Assembly: GCA_030141605.1 (NCBI GenBank)
Contig: JAQGDQ010000127.1
Coordinates: 124,001-188,000 of the forward strand
Direction of reading: 5' to 3'
Origin: Tubiluchus corallicola
Taxonomy: Eukaryota > Animalia > Priapulida
DNA length: 64,000 nt
Notes under the pieces: model-generated
Database searches by the model: none
Seen by the model: the letters and a program-made list of their open reading frames with translations, nothing else
What the model was told of the DNA's origin: nothing
Shown: positions 1 through 14,300 of the stretch, one piece after another
Layout: every line of letters begins with the position of its first letter
Position numbering within the stretch: the first letter of the stretch is position 1
Program-made: the position numbers and the translations under genes

Positions 1-1328
1 GAAATGTGCACCTTTCTTACTATAATTTTCAATAGTAGATAAAATCATTGTAACTCTAGAGACAAATTTACATGTACAAATTTACACTTCCAAATTAAAT
101 TAGTTCATTAATGCTTATTATTTAAACTTTAGACCATGTGCATAATGTATAAGCCAAAAGGTGTTAAATTTAAAGTACAAAATTTATGTAGTGTTTTGTT
201 ATTTGGAATGTGCTTGTTTCTGTATCAGACAACATCTGCTATATGTAGAATAGATCCAAGGCATGTCATTTACTAATGTTTCTGACCAATGTACTACCGA
301 CTTCAGACTTGACTCGGACTTGAGCCCAAGGACTTGGGTTCAACGTGAATTTGAGCTGAAAGACTTGACTACCACATTGCTTGAAACATTTGAAATAAAA
401 TTAAAAGCATGGTGTGATTGGTTGGCTCCACTCTTGTAGTAAATATTATGACCTTTTTGTTGCACAGTTATTTATGCTTAATTTACTGTTCATGTATTTG
501 TAATCAAACATTAATAGCTTTCAGAATTCAATTTAGTTGTAGAAGCTAGTACACACTGTAATATGGAAATAATGATGGATGATTTCCTTATGTGAGGTTC
601 TTACCTATTGTTGTGACAAGTTAAGCAATAAATGCAGCAAACTTAGTCAGATGTCTTGCCTCAAGCTTGTGAGTGTAAGTGAAGGGTTATAATTATGATT
701 ATGAATAGTTTATTTGACGTACAACAAAAAACAAAATACAATACAATTATATATAAATAAGAAATCACACATCACACAAAGCATCCCAACCCTTAGGTAT
801 AATCGTTATAATTATTGAAATTACAGGTTAAACAGTAAACAGTATTTACACGTTTACAAAAATAATATAATTAAATAATGTGCTTTTGCTATCAATTGTA
901 TATCATTTTCTGTGACTAAGATATTATTTTCTTCTTTTAAAACAGTCTGTAATATAATTTGAAATGAAATTTGCAAGTTCACTTTTATTTCCATTCATGA
1001 GAAATATAAATTTTTCTTGTACTGTAAGATTAATAAAGTTTGGGAACATTTCATTGACATGAGAAAACAGCCTATGTCTAAAATCATTATGATAGTTACA
1101 TTCGAGAATTCAATGCTTTTCGTCATCGACATGTTATGCATGAGAATGTATATTTTCCTAACTTGTAGCAACTGCTGTATCAAATGTTTATATTCAATAA
1201 CCCCACCTACACAATGATAATATAGGTTGCAATGGCAATTAAACGATTATTTTCTTAATTTCGTTTTCATTTAGGATAGTTAGTGCGCGCATATAGATTC
1301 AATATTAAGTGGTTGGAGTTACAGTCAT

Positions 1329-1881
1329 TAGTCCAGTCTGTTAGCCGAAAAAAGGGGACTGACTGGATACACCTACCAAACTTTCAGGAATGTTTCTTTA
1401 GGCATTTTAACAGCGTATTTTTATAATATTTATAAAATTTTGCATTTTATAGGGACTGTACCGGGACACTAAAAGTTCACGAAATTTTCCTCCACTTTGG
1501 AGGCTTATAACACCAAAACGTTCACAGATGAACACTTGGCTACTATTAGCAGGGACGAATGGGAAGTTATATGTGAGCTTTCATTTGGCAATACGATTAG
1601 TGTCCTAGGAACACACGAAGTAGCCAAATTACATCATCAGTACCCTCCAGCCATTTCATAATATCAAATATTTGTACATAACTTGTAAGCGAAGCCATAA
1701 AATATGACTAAATATATTATGGACAAATAGAAAATCGGCCATTCGCTACAAGAATTTTGCACCTTAGTTATATCTAAGTTTATGAGATGCCCAAAACGCT
1801 GTTAAATGGTAAAATGATCAAAAGAAACTGTATCCAGTCAGTCCCCATTTCATGAAAATTTGGCCTTAACAGACCGAACTA
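1329..1881. mobile_element. non-autonomous DNA transposon (MITE) with imperfect ~45-bp terminal inverted repeats
   Basis: GGGGACTGACTGGATACA (1354-1371) is the exact reverse complement of 1829-1846; the outer ends TAGTCCAGTCTGTTA / TAACAGACCGAACTA also pair; no ORF. Confidence 0.7.
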
Positions 1882-3149
1882 CATTTTCATTGTTTTTCCG
1901 ACTTATCTGCGATTTACTTAAAATGAGGGGCTGACATGCTACTTCAAACACTGTGATTCTAGTTAAAGTGGAGGAGGGAGGAGCTGATACGCCGCTTTTT
2001 CCTAAACATGGAGTGTTTGTTCATGGCATTTGTTTTTCTGCCGCTTCTCACAAACTTACCTTAGATATACCAGATGTAGAACAGGCGCTTTTAATTTTTT
2101 TGCGTATTGCTTTGTAGCTTGTTAGTTTCAAATTGGTAACTCGAGTTCAAAATTAGTTAGACGTTTCAAATTTGTGATTGTTAGTTGTACATCAATGTCA
2201 CTTCTTCGACTGGTCGATATCTGTGTTTTTTATTTGACCAGTGTGATATCCATGCGTAATGTACTGATTCCTCGAAGTAATGAGTTGCGTATCGTTTTTA
2301 TTTGCAGTTAACTTAAATTTAACTTTAATTAAATTGAGCTACATTAAAGTTTACTGCAATTATTGGCACAAGCTAATTATTTACACCAAGGCGACTATTT
2401 TTGCCCAAGTTTAATTAGACCTTTAATGAGACCTTTTTTCTTGGTAAATCCATGTAAACCTGTTATTTTGTCGTTGTATGCAAGTGTGATTAACTAGCAA
2501 ACAAAAGACGATTCACTCTCCTGGACAGGTTTGTCGGTTTAAAACCATTTAACTCTTTGCTATTTCCACGAAATTAGCATGAAAAAGAGTGACTCCTGTC
2601 ACATTAACAACACTGGGCTAACTCATCTGTGGTAATTTGTTCAAGGATGTTATTTATGGTTGACCTTGTGCTGGTAATTTAACACTTTTATCGAATCTTG
2701 ACCGTTGGTCATTAAGAAAAGGATGTTGCTCCGGTCAGGATTTGACCTTGCTTCGCGTATGACACTTTCATTATTTTTCCTGGCGTTGTGCTTTACCCCT
2801 TGGTAACCTTTTCAAGGTGAGTGCAAGCGGTCGGAACCAAAAGTTTGCTTTGGTTGATCACGTCGCTTTATCATTGTGCGGGCATACATGCGTAAAAAGT
2901 GTATACTCAGACGTCGATAACAGAGAACGTTTTTTTCAACCTGGTAAACACGTTAATAATTTTTTGGCACATGATATGCATGTAAAATAAAATTTGGTGA
3001 TGACTGCGGTGCAACTTCAGGCAATTTAAATTGCACCAAAGTACTAATTGTTCAATCCTTATTGACTGGAACAATTAACGTCCGATTGCGATCGGCTTTG
3101 AAAATTTGAATTTACATCTTATATTTTAGTAATTATGAACTATATGAAA

Positions 3150-3600
3150 GGTCTTGATTGCCTCAATACTACTGTCCCAGTTTAGTTTTAAGAAACAACT
3201 GTTTCATGCTTTAAAAGAAATCTGAAATGGTTACACTATAATTACATGTACTTGTGTTTTCTTGATGCCGGTAAAGCGTTCGACAGAGTAAATCATTCAA
3301 CTTTGTTTCGCAAATTAGTACATCGTGACATGCCTCGTTTGCTGATGCACTTACTGAAAAATTGGCAAAACTCTGGATGTCCTTTGGTGTAACAAACTCT
3401 CTTTCACTATTAGCAATGAGCATATACAATGCTGACCTGAGTGTTAAATTGTCTCAATGTTGTATGAGTTGTGCTATTGATACCGCCTTTATTACTCATC
3501 TATTCTATGCGGACTATATGGTTCTTGTGGCTCCGTGTTGGACTGCATTGGGAACCCGTATTGGTCAATGTGAAGATAGCGCATCTAAGTAAAAGTGCAT
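3150..3600 (+). mobile_element. decayed non-LTR retrotransposon reverse-transcriptase fragment
   Basis: Frameshifted peptides FLDAGKAFDRVNHSTLFRKL and HLFYADYMVLVAP correspond to the LINE RT motifs DxxKAFD and YADD. Confidence 0.75.
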
Positions 3601-4832
3601 GATAATGTCAGGTGTTCTCCCCTTTGGCTTATCTTTCGGCTTTGCGGCTCTATTCTTAGGTATTGCAAGTCCTATGAATATTAGGATATGAGCAAATGAA
3701 CATAGATTTTGGCGTTGGCGAAGATCTAGTCAACTGATTTCTTCATTTCTTAATTTGACAAAGTTCATGTGTGGTTAGGGTAAGTGAGCAACCGACATAT
3801 TAAGCTTGCTTCTTCGTTGACTACTACATCTATCTATTTTGAGCAGCCCCTTGTAAAGCCAGAATTCTCGTTTAATGACCACTAGATATTACTCATCATT
3901 CGACCAACTTGGGTGTGGCTGAAGCCTTTCAAAGAACATGACAGACATTAATATTTAGACTGCTGCTGTGGGCACCAACACAGTGGTCGAGTCTTGTTAA
4001 TGCCATGGGGTTAGTTCGCGTAATGTCTTTAGGTTTACTTAGCATGATAAAACTCCACGCTTGCAAAAATTCCTTTCTTATTTATTATAATTTCTAGTAC
4101 TATTAATAACCTGGTTTCTATTTAGTTTTATTGGTCACTACACATTTTTTACAAAATTAACGTTGTATCCTGATTAAGTATAGAGTAACCCGAGTAATCT
4201 ACAGTCAAGGACAGAGATAAAGGCGTTTACACTGACTCCTAGTCCTCGTTACCCCCTTACCCATCCCCCAATGTCACTTTGAATTACCACTGTCTCACAC
4301 TTCAGCCTAAACTTCGTCGTTGCCGCCGCACTACTTTCTCTCAGTGCATTGTAATCCTCGTTTTTATATTCATTTCCAAATGAAACGATGAGGCTGAACA
4401 AGTAGTTCTTCCCAAGCCTAAAAATCTTACATTCATAATATACTTTTAGAATGTCTAATGCGCTGTATAATTTTTGTGATGCAATAATGCAAACTTTCGT
4501 TATTTGTGGCTAACAACATATTTTTATACAAGCTGGCTTTAACTCTTTCTAAGAAACCTTCTTGTCACTATAATTCCTTAAACAAATCACTTGGCTATGT
4601 AGAGTATTCTTGGTTTGTCATTGGCTGTCGTATACACGTGATATGTGCTGGACACCGTCCCGAGGTTGGATATTATTTGGACGGTATCGCGAAGGCTAAC
4701 TTAGTGACGTCACGAACCGTCCCCCTTATAATGCAAGTTGGGTATGTCAGAATATCATTTTGAATAAGCTGTCCTGCGGGAAATAAACGTGTTGAATGTT
4801 AAACGAAATAAAATAGAAAGTGCAGATCAATC

Positions 4833-4906
4833 ATGGTTATTCTAAAGAAAGATGAAAATCAGAATAAAGCCGACGACGTCTTTGTTCTTTCAACGGGCGA
4901 TACAAA
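4833..4906 (+). CDS. candidate distal alternative first coding exon (1a) of the SLC26A11-like gene
   Basis: ATG 4833 encodes MVILKKDENQNKADDVFVLSTGDT and ends AA|GTAGGT in phase 2, in frame with the acceptor at 14213. Promoter-like motifs lie upstream. No homology support. Confidence 0.35.
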
Positions 4907-7900
4907 GTAGGTGATTTTCTTCTATTTCATGTAAACAATGCAAAAAGCTGGTACGCCAAAATCAAGGCTAATTTAATCGTTGTGACTTATGACATTATTG
5001 TTTTCCTGAAGAGTATGGTGTTCAGCATATCAAATCTAGCAGTGGCAACCCTTGCATAACATAACTTTAATATTCTCTTCAATTAGCTTGCTTCATACCA
5101 TGCCTATTCTTAATCTAAACCAATATTCGAGAAAACTGGTAAAAAATGCACCTTCTTTAGATCTCGAACATGAGTGTAATAAAGTATTGTACTGTGCTAT
5201 TTGCATTGAATTTTTCATACCCGATTTTACAAACAGTAAAATACCGTAAATGATACTGAACCTTTTAACTAAACGTTTGAGAATAATCGCTTTTATTGCT
5301 GCTTTTTATGATTATATTAACTAATTGTGCATGTAAGATACGAATAGACATAATAAATGTAAACGTGTTTGCGCCGTGTTTACATTCATTTTCCAACAAA
5401 ATTATACTTGACTAATTTTCCTTTCGCCCTTTCTCCTTCAACATTTATTTTAGAAATCAGTACACTATATAATTTATAAGTTATTAAATTGTTACCTATT
5501 CTTAGAACAGCTTGCTTGATCGCCATTCGGTTCTCTTTCTGCGAGCTGTGAATTTTTTCTCATTAATTTAAGCCCCCAGTAAGCTACAAGATGGTTTAAT
5601 ATTTTTTCATATGCATACCAACTGCTTTCTGTATAAGGGAAGTATAATCCTAGGCCACTTCATTTGTGTATATATATGAATTTGTGTATATACAGACTTC
5701 ATGATAAAGTAGTGTTAATCATATAATAAGGTGATAGCTACCGGCATTTCGTTGTGTGTAAAATTTGTTTGGTGACATATGTAAACCATAGATGGGCCTA
5801 TGTACTGTTTACCGTTTGATCCGATGAAGAATGCGGCATCCAGTTTTGTGCACGATCTCTGTGTATCGCTAATATTCTAAATCTTTGTAAACAGGCATTG
5901 ATGTAGACTCTCACCTCTGATCATGATTCCAGAATCAACAACAACAACAGTTTTTTTATCCAAGGTACCTTGCAAATTATCATAAAGATAGTAAATAAGA
6001 CCTATGGACCTATAAGACCTATATAATTTATTCATACCACTGTAACCCGTCGATTCAGTTGGATGATCATGTTAAGCCTAAACAAAGCTATTCTGATGCT
6101 AGAGATCTAAGTCTTGCGTAACTCAGCGGATTTATTTATGTTGTTTAGAGCAGTCGCTTTGTTTTGCTTTATACATGAGTTTAAATCCCCTGGGCCCATA
6201 AAATTTTCCCATCTGCTTTAATTTTGGTTGTTTCTTGTGCAATTTTTAACAATGCTTTGATCATCACTTAACATAAGCAGTTTAAAGTAATTTTCTCTAA
6301 TACGTTATGAGCACTCTGCATTTGTTAATTCTTGTATAGGGTGTCCATCAGCTCCTCGTGTTTTCATATCATAGTTGTTTACTATAGAAATATTGCAAAT
6401 GCTTATCAACTAAATAGCCTAAATACTAGGCTTGGTTTCAGTTGCAGGGGCCACTATAAAATGTACCTCACTAATTCTAATGTAAATAGCAATGACCCCT
6501 GCGTGCATATCCGAAATATTTTCATCATGGAGTCAATTTAAAATATGTGAATTATGCTAGTATGTATATGCGTCTTTGCTTCAACAACAGGGAGGTGTCG
6601 ATGGTGGCGACAACGATGACTGACACCAGTACCACCTACTCACCTACTGTTATACCATATACCGTAACTACGACGACGCACTACTATTAACAACGATGAC
6701 GACTTTCAACAACTACAAATGTAAGCAGCCCTAACAAACATGGAAGAACACTCACAATAGCAGCCACAACATGACAAGAACAACACAGTGACAACGTTAA
6801 CGACGACAATAAAAAATACTTTGTCACATCAAAGTATGCAATCTGTGTACTGTGTACACCTGGTGTAATATTGAATCTTTATAATCTGCTCTTCGTAATC
6901 GGTACCATGAATGATCATAGTCAGCTGCTCAGCTTGTCTCTAATATTTTGAAATATTTTTATCATTTACATTTTTATATTTGTTTTCCTTGAAGTTATTT
7001 GAGATAAACACTTTATAATTCAAAGCGGGTTAATCGACTTGTTAACAATAACAACTTCGTTACTGGCTCACATCCAGTTTTACAACATTTTGCAGTCAAG
7101 TTCTAGTGCCGCTAAATATGAATCCAACAATATTTTGGTGTTATTTCAACGGATTTTAGTTCACTCATTCGAACCGTCAAATCTCAAGCGCTTCAACCTT
7201 GTTCGCGTGTCCGCTGTCCCAACCAAGTAGAAAAAATTTTACAGACTGATTATGTAGATTGAGTAAGACGGGTGTTTATGTACAAACGCAAATGTTTCTA
7301 AGTTCATTATGCATTTTATGCATTTTTCCATGAGCATCCCCAGCAGCAGAAGGTGTTAGAATGGCAGCTGTAAATGGATTAACAGAAGTTCTGGGCTGAA
7401 AATAATTTTTACGATGCGAAATAAAATGAGCGCTTTATACATTGATCCTGTATGCCCCTGTGATGGGCGCATCATATCTTTGGTTTTTTAACACTCCGCA
7501 ATCTGCACTATCATGTACTGTGAATACCGCCATTATTCGCTTTCGGTTTACAACAACAAATTTATTATTTTAAGTCAAGCAAGTAAAATACGCTTACGTC
7601 AGGAGTTGCTCAAACTTAAACTTATGTGATCTTCATCTTTTTGCCACTTTATTAGCTGCTTTGTCAGTGTTATGTAAGCTTGAATACTTTTGCTGAAGTT
7701 TTGATGATGCATTTCTGTTGTTTAACTGAAAGGGAAGAGAAAATTGTGGGACTTTAGGCCAGGGACTGAATTGTCATGAATGTCATCTAATCAATCGTCA
7801 AAGAATTTTTACTCTCATCACTTAATAAGTCACTTTATTTGTTTCGTTTTGTTTGTTTATTTATTTATTTATAGTTACGTTCAGCACAGTAAGCTTTTTA

Positions 7901-8457
7901 AGTTTCTCTTGCTACTCATAGTCGCATACTTCTAGTTATTTTGTGATAAATCTATACGTCAACCCGTTTTTCTACTGTAGTATTAATAAAACTTGCATTA
8001 ATAAAATTATTCGGTACGTTAAAATACTAAAGTCGAAAATTAGTGCAATCATTAGCGGTTGAGAAAATGGTGCTACAAAATCAGAAAGTGTAGGTTGACC
8101 GATCAAATGGTAGAACGGTCACATTGTTCTGAATGTATGCCCTTGAGTGATCTGTATTCTTTATTGTGTCAGTTGAAATTTTGTTCTCTTTTCAATTGCT
8201 AACTGATAATCTGTAGATACTATAAAACGCCATTCATCGAGTTTAATGACCAGGCGGTTATCCAACTTATCTTGACTTCGTACTCAGGTATTTGACAAAT
8301 TGTAATGATCTGCGAATTATGTTATGTATATTTCTCAATCATACCATCCTTTGAAAAAAATTCAGTCAGATACTGCGGTAATACCGTTAACAATTATGCA
8401 TTGATTCCAGGCATGCGCAAAGCATTAAAATTCTGTAGTCATTTTCTTCTTGTATAG

Positions 8458-8775
8458 CAGTGGTTCCCAAAGTAGGGGTAAATTACCCCCCGGGGGTAAT
8501 ATGTTTTTTTTTTGGGGGGGGGGGGGGGTAACGGGCACCCCTCTGAAAATTTTTAAATCACTCAGTAATGAGCAGGTTCAGTAATTGTAATTCTTGTTTT
8601 GGCAACAACACCTGGAAATTTATTTATGTCACGAGCAAACATAAATAATTTTGCTTGCTTGTGGCATATACGTGTGTTTACTTTTTGAGTTGGAGAAGTA
8701 GTACTAGGTGGGGGTAATGGACACGACCGGGTTTCCCGATTTGGGTAACGGTCCGAGAAAGTTTGGGAGCCACTG
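8458..8775. mobile_element. hAT (Charlie-like) MITE, 318 bp
   Basis: TIRs CAGTGGTTCCCAAA / TTTGGGAGCCACTG; perfect 8-bp TSD TTGTATAG (8450-8457, 8776-8783); repeated internal GGGTAA motifs. Confidence 0.92.
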
Positions 8776-9713
8776 TTGTATAGCGTGTATTATTATATTT
8801 ATTGGTTTGTAGGCACATTATAGTAATTAAAACAACTAATGACCCAGTCAGAATTATCAGTTGCATTCGCGAGATGTGTGAAATTATTATTCTATTCTTG
8901 TGTGCGGTATATTATAAATTTTATGTTATTCTATGCTATTCCTGGTCAACAACCGGAGGCATCGTAGTCGTAACGAATAACTGTAACCTATACATGACTA
9001 CATTATCCCATTGCGCATGCTCTAGAAGGTAACTTTGATGAATTTGATTTAATGCGGACGTGGAATTATAAAATAATCTCCCGTAAAATTGACTAGGTAA
9101 ATCACATGAAAGTATTATACTTGCATGATGGTCAAAAATATGAATATTTCAAAGAGCTTTCTGGCATTGCTGTAAAAATTGAATAACACTAGAATATAAA
9201 ACACCTAGAATAGTTTCGCTATATTGTCTGGTTATCAAATTCTTAAGATATAATGCTGCTTTTGATATGCAAGTCTTTACTTATGATGCTATTGAATTTG
9301 CCATCACTACGCTACTTGTGCGTCATTATTTTATTGAGACTGTAAATTTAATATAACAAACAAAGTCTTGTTTTAACGCATCAAAAACAAATAAATAAGC
9401 AAACTAAGAATAAATAACTAAATGGCAATTACTAATGCTTTGGAAGCCGGAGAAACAAAACGGAAGTCGGGACTGCGGATTGATTTGAACCAGGGATGTT
9501 GAATTCAACGTCATGACCATTAAAGCTGCTAGAACTATACCGTCTTTTATGATAATGGCAACTGACAGGACACCGAAAAATCCTTCATTACTATATGGAT
9601 TAATTTTTGTTGTTATTTTAGAACCTGGAATGCAGATATTAATACTTTTATTTAGCTGCTTCTACTAACTTCGTTAGTTAACTATGTAGTTAACTACTAA
9701 CTACATAGTTGAT

Positions 9714-9896
9714 AAAACCAAAAAATTTCTAAAAGTGGTTGAAACAAAATATATTGCAGAAATTAGAATTAATTACACAAAAATGAAAATTGTACATTAT
9801 GTTTGATTACTTGAATATTGAGTACTAATTAAGAGATTTATCTAAATGGTCAACTTAAATATGTATTTGATTGTCTCTGCAAACAAAATTGCTAGA
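9714..9896 (+). repeat. ~180-bp interspersed repeat, copy 1 (copy 2 at 12669-12845)
   Basis: Shared blocks aaaaccaaaaaatttc, taattacacaaaaatgaaaattgtacat, tgagtactaattaagagattt, ctaaatggtcaactt. Confidence 0.85.
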
Positions 9897-11279
9897 CGAC
9901 AATTATAATAGGCTGTACCTAGTTGAATGTTTTAATTATTAATATTATTTATTGCACATTGTGCAGCTAGTAATGCGCATGTTTAATACCCAGTATTCTC
10001 TAATCGAGATGGTAATTCCAAAAACGCTCAAGTATCTTTGAGTCCTGCCCTTTGCACCTGTACGTTTTCGATGAAGAGCTTAAAATAAATTTACGAAAGA
10101 TTTCGAACTTCGGTTCACATTGTAGGTTGGTCTTTTATATTATGTTACTATGAGTTTTTATATAAAATTTTAACATACAAGTAAAACATCAATTTCGCAA
10201 GTGCTATGCAACTAATAAGTGATCAGACGTTACTTTTAATACGGTGTAGTATAAAACGATATTATATTGCTAAACTAGACTTTGAACCTTATGCGCTTAT
10301 AGATCATCATTTTTATGAATTTTATCAAATTTGCGAATTTTGACCTTATTTTTGTAAGGCCTATGTAGGCTTTTGATTATGGCCCATGAACTCAATAAAT
10401 TGTGGAATTATAAGATTTTGGCTATGAACTCCAGACATCCGGAAACTGTAAACGATCAAGTATCAGCAGTATTTCAACGCACACCCCAGTCATCAGTTGA
10501 GCTTTGGAACCGCTTGCATGAATATGATCACTTTTGATGGATATGAAACGCGACTTACTTATCATTCTATATCACGCTTTTAGTAAGTGTTCTTTTTGCA
10601 ATTAGTTAAACTTCAATACCATATAGAACCGGTTATGGTACTGATTCTTAAATATGCATTTATAATACAGCGTAGAATTCTGTTTGCTAAGTTTACTTTC
10701 ATCAACGCAGTGGTTCTGTCATTGACTGAAGAGAAAACATTTCCTTGGTTTGCTGTGCAAATTTGGTCTCGTTCCTTGAGAAAATTGATGACAGCTTTTG
10801 TGACACTGACCTTCCTAACATAGACAATAGGACACTAGATGTTTTACGAAGTTTTCAAGACCAGCTTACTTTCGTTAGTGAACGTCTGTGTCGTGATTAA
10901 CTATTTACGTGAGCTTGTTTTGGTCCGTCACGCGGATGAATGATTGTTTTAACCGAAAAGGGAAACTAACTGTACAGTGCTATTCCGTTTGCTTGACCGT
11001 TTAAACGCGTCTTCAAATTGACACTCGTTATAACTATACTAATATATTAATATTATATTAATTAACTAAATAAAATTTCGCTATTAAAACTTCTTGTAAA
11101 TTAGTGACGCAGATCTGGTAGCTTGACTTTGACAATCGATATCGCGATTTTTAGTCGGTGCAAAATTGTTTGTGTTAAGTTTGTAAGTTTAACTTATCTC
11201 TGGGTCTAGACCGGCCTGAATGAACTAGCTTGATAATTAAACTGAGGCATAAACGTCGAAACGGACTGTGCTTCACAAA

Positions 11280-11311
11280 ATGACCGACAACAAAGATAGA
11301 CGTGTAAAGTG
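11280..11311 (+). CDS. SLC26A11: SLC26A11-like exon 1b (MTDNKDRRVK)
   Basis: aaaATG start and consensus donor TG|GTAAGT in phase 2. Joins G-TCG-AAG... at 14213 in frame (W-S-K-F-E-A-L-T-M-D-D). Confidence 0.6.
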
Positions 11312-14300
11312 GTAAGTTTTATTTTATGCTTCTTTTTATTTAAATATGTGTCATATATTTGATTGTACTGATGAATAAGGGAAAAGTTATTAGGAACTGG
11401 GAATTTGAGTTAATCTTTATGATTTACTCCAACTTTTACTATTTATGACTTTAGTATTCGTTTATTCAACGTTGACATTATACTGTAGTACTTATGAGTT
11501 TTGAACATCACTGTCACAAGCTGTTTGCTAAATTTCAATTGAAGGCAGATTTTCATAAATGAAATAGGTTACTAGTTTTAGGATAATAAAGATATTAGTA
11601 GCCCAGTTGCTTGGTCGTGACCGCCTAACATTTATTTTAGGCATTTACATATGCTCAGGTATCTGTTGACTTTGTGCTACTATATACTAACCTTTAAATT
11701 ATCTTCAGTCTGTGTTTGATTGAATAGGTGAAGATAGTCACAAGCGCCGTGCAAATTATTTTAGGTTTACCTGAACTTCTGGCATAGTTATGTCATTTTG
11801 TTGTCAATAGCTTGATATCTACTGACTCATTTTTCAATTTTTCTTCTTCTAGTAGAACTCTTACGACATTGACATTTTGTCGTTAACAAAGTTATTTTTT
11901 ATAAAGTCATAATTTTTTTACTAAATTCGTTTTGTCGAATTGAAATACGTAAAACAAAATAATTATTCTATTTATATATTTTAGCAGATTTATTAGTTTC
12001 TCAGCAAATTTACCTGAACATTTATTACAGGCAGCAATATCAGGGCTATATTATATTTCTGCAGCGAGAGTTTTAGTTTTTTTCATTTCCTGTTATAATC
12101 ACTCCTGCCGGAAATGAGATTCTTTACCTCGACGGGTTTTCTTTTTAATTTTTTACAGTCAGGTCAAGTAGTGTGTTGGGCGTTCTCGATATTGACTTTA
12201 TCCTGAGTTTGTATCTTCTCTAATACTTTCTTTTACTTTGATTTTGCGTGTATTTTGTTATAGTACTTTGAAACTGAAGTTGAATTTCCCCAAATTTGTG
12301 CATTGGAAAAAATATCCGTAGATCGCACTCAATAACAAGCATTAATTAACACATTTGCTCTTTGAAGGAAAGTTTTTGCGTAAGATGTACATGTACAGTG
12401 TACAATGTCAGTCTAGCTGTCTGTTACATAGGCGTTTATACATACGGAAATAGTTATAATACACTACTATTTGCGAACTACCTTGTATATTTTAATGTGC
12501 ACGTGTTAAATAGTAAGACGAATAGATTAGTGGTGCATGAATAATGTGAAGCTCGAGGTTAGGAACAGATTTTGGGTTTTGTTGCAAGTATTCCAGAACT
12601 AAAGGTGAAATAGACACTTTTTAACTCTGCAAAATGGTATTCCGTTACCAGCAGAAAATTCTACTACTAAAACCAAAAAATTTCAAAATGTGACTAAAAC
12701 AAAATATATTGCATTAATTACACAAAAATGAAAATTGTACATGGTGTATGATCACTTGAGTACTGAGTACTAATTAAGAGATTTTAACAACTAAATGGTC
12801 AACTTGAATATGTATTTGACTTTTTGTTCAAACTAAACTGCTAGATCTTGACTTTTTAAAATCAGTCACGACTTTATAACAAAAGTCAGTGAAGCATATA
12901 AGTTCAGTAACGCTAATAAATGAAAGCTCCACTTTATACTGATAAGCTCTGTGTTCTACAGGAAATTAATTTCATGAAGCAAAATTAATATACATTGCAA
13001 GGTGTTGCCAGTCTAAATCTAAGCGTCATTTCATCTCAATGAATTTGTCTGTGCAAGAGCTGTTTTAAATGTTGGTCACATCCGCTTAGCTTGTCAACAT
13101 CAACTGATATCGAAAATGCATATTACATGTGATATTCTTTGTTCGTTTAGGAACAAGTTAGGCTTGCATCAAGTCACTTTCACTAGCGCTTTCTGAATGC
13201 CTTCCTCTTTTTTTGGTCTCATAATTGCGTTCAATAATCACATCTTCTTACGCACTAACTTGAGGTTACGTAATTGGGTCCACCTTGTAATTTTGTGGTT
13301 TTTACCTACCGCAGGCTTAATTGGATGTTGTTTCAAAAAATCTGTATTTGCGAGAACAAACGTGTAGCCCCTATATTAGACTATATACAATATACACATA
13401 AGTTTGCTCACTAAGCATGCGCTGTTGGTTTCCGCTAGCACCTAAACCCTCTGTGTACGGCAAAAAATGATCTGTTAATCGGGAGAAGTCTAATGGCGTG
13501 TTCGGTTTCAAGATGTTGTGCATTTTATTTTTGTTTTTCTTGTTATTTACAGATGGTTGCCATTAAAATTGTTTGATAAACAGATTTTTTGCCATTGAAA
13601 TCTGATCAGCATGTTACAACTATGGCCACTTTCCAGAAGCCGAGTTTAATTTTCTTCACTTGTTTCCTCTCGGATTTCTTAAAATGTGGGGCTGTTGATG
13701 TTCTGTGGATCCTTGGTGTTTTCTGTAACGGATGCTCTTTAACTAAATTATTTTTGCTGCCCTAATTTTTTAGCCTAATGTTAAGATTATCATTTATAAT
13801 CTCAATTTTAGCATATTCTCTAATTAAATCTATTCAATTCTTTTATTTACTTTTTAAACTTGACCATAAGCAAAAAGTTAAACCCATGGCTCAGAAACAA
13901 AATTCTGTTCATACACATACGCAGTTAAAAGATAGACCTTGAGTATTATATGAAATTATAATTTATTTTTTCTGTCTGATTTTTATGAACAAATTACCTT
14001 AAAATTCCTTACGACCAGCTGTCTTCCATTTGCAACCATCTTTATTCTTTTCAGTTTTTAAGCTGAGCATAGTCATTTTCCTTGAGGCAATGTGTTTTCA
14101 TCAACCATTGAACATCAGCATCATCACCTATTTGCGTTTGTACTTGATAGCTAACAAAACTTTTATTTGACATTCATAAGGCTCTGTTTTTCATTATTCT
14201 GTTTTTTTACAGGTCGAAGTTTGAGGCCTTAACAATGGATGATGGACGGGACATACCCAATGATAATAATGGTGGAGGAGGAGTGGGTATGGAGTCCAGG

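Noticed and set aside
288-379. GACTTG-repeat element resembling a hAT end
   Set aside because: TIRs only partly match and no TSD was found
9440-9545. tRNA-like A/B boxes on the minus strand
   Set aside because: No cloverleaf; at most a decayed SINE head
10455-10502. Minus-strand CTGATGA...GAAA hammerhead-like motif
   Set aside because: Stems II and III do not pair properly
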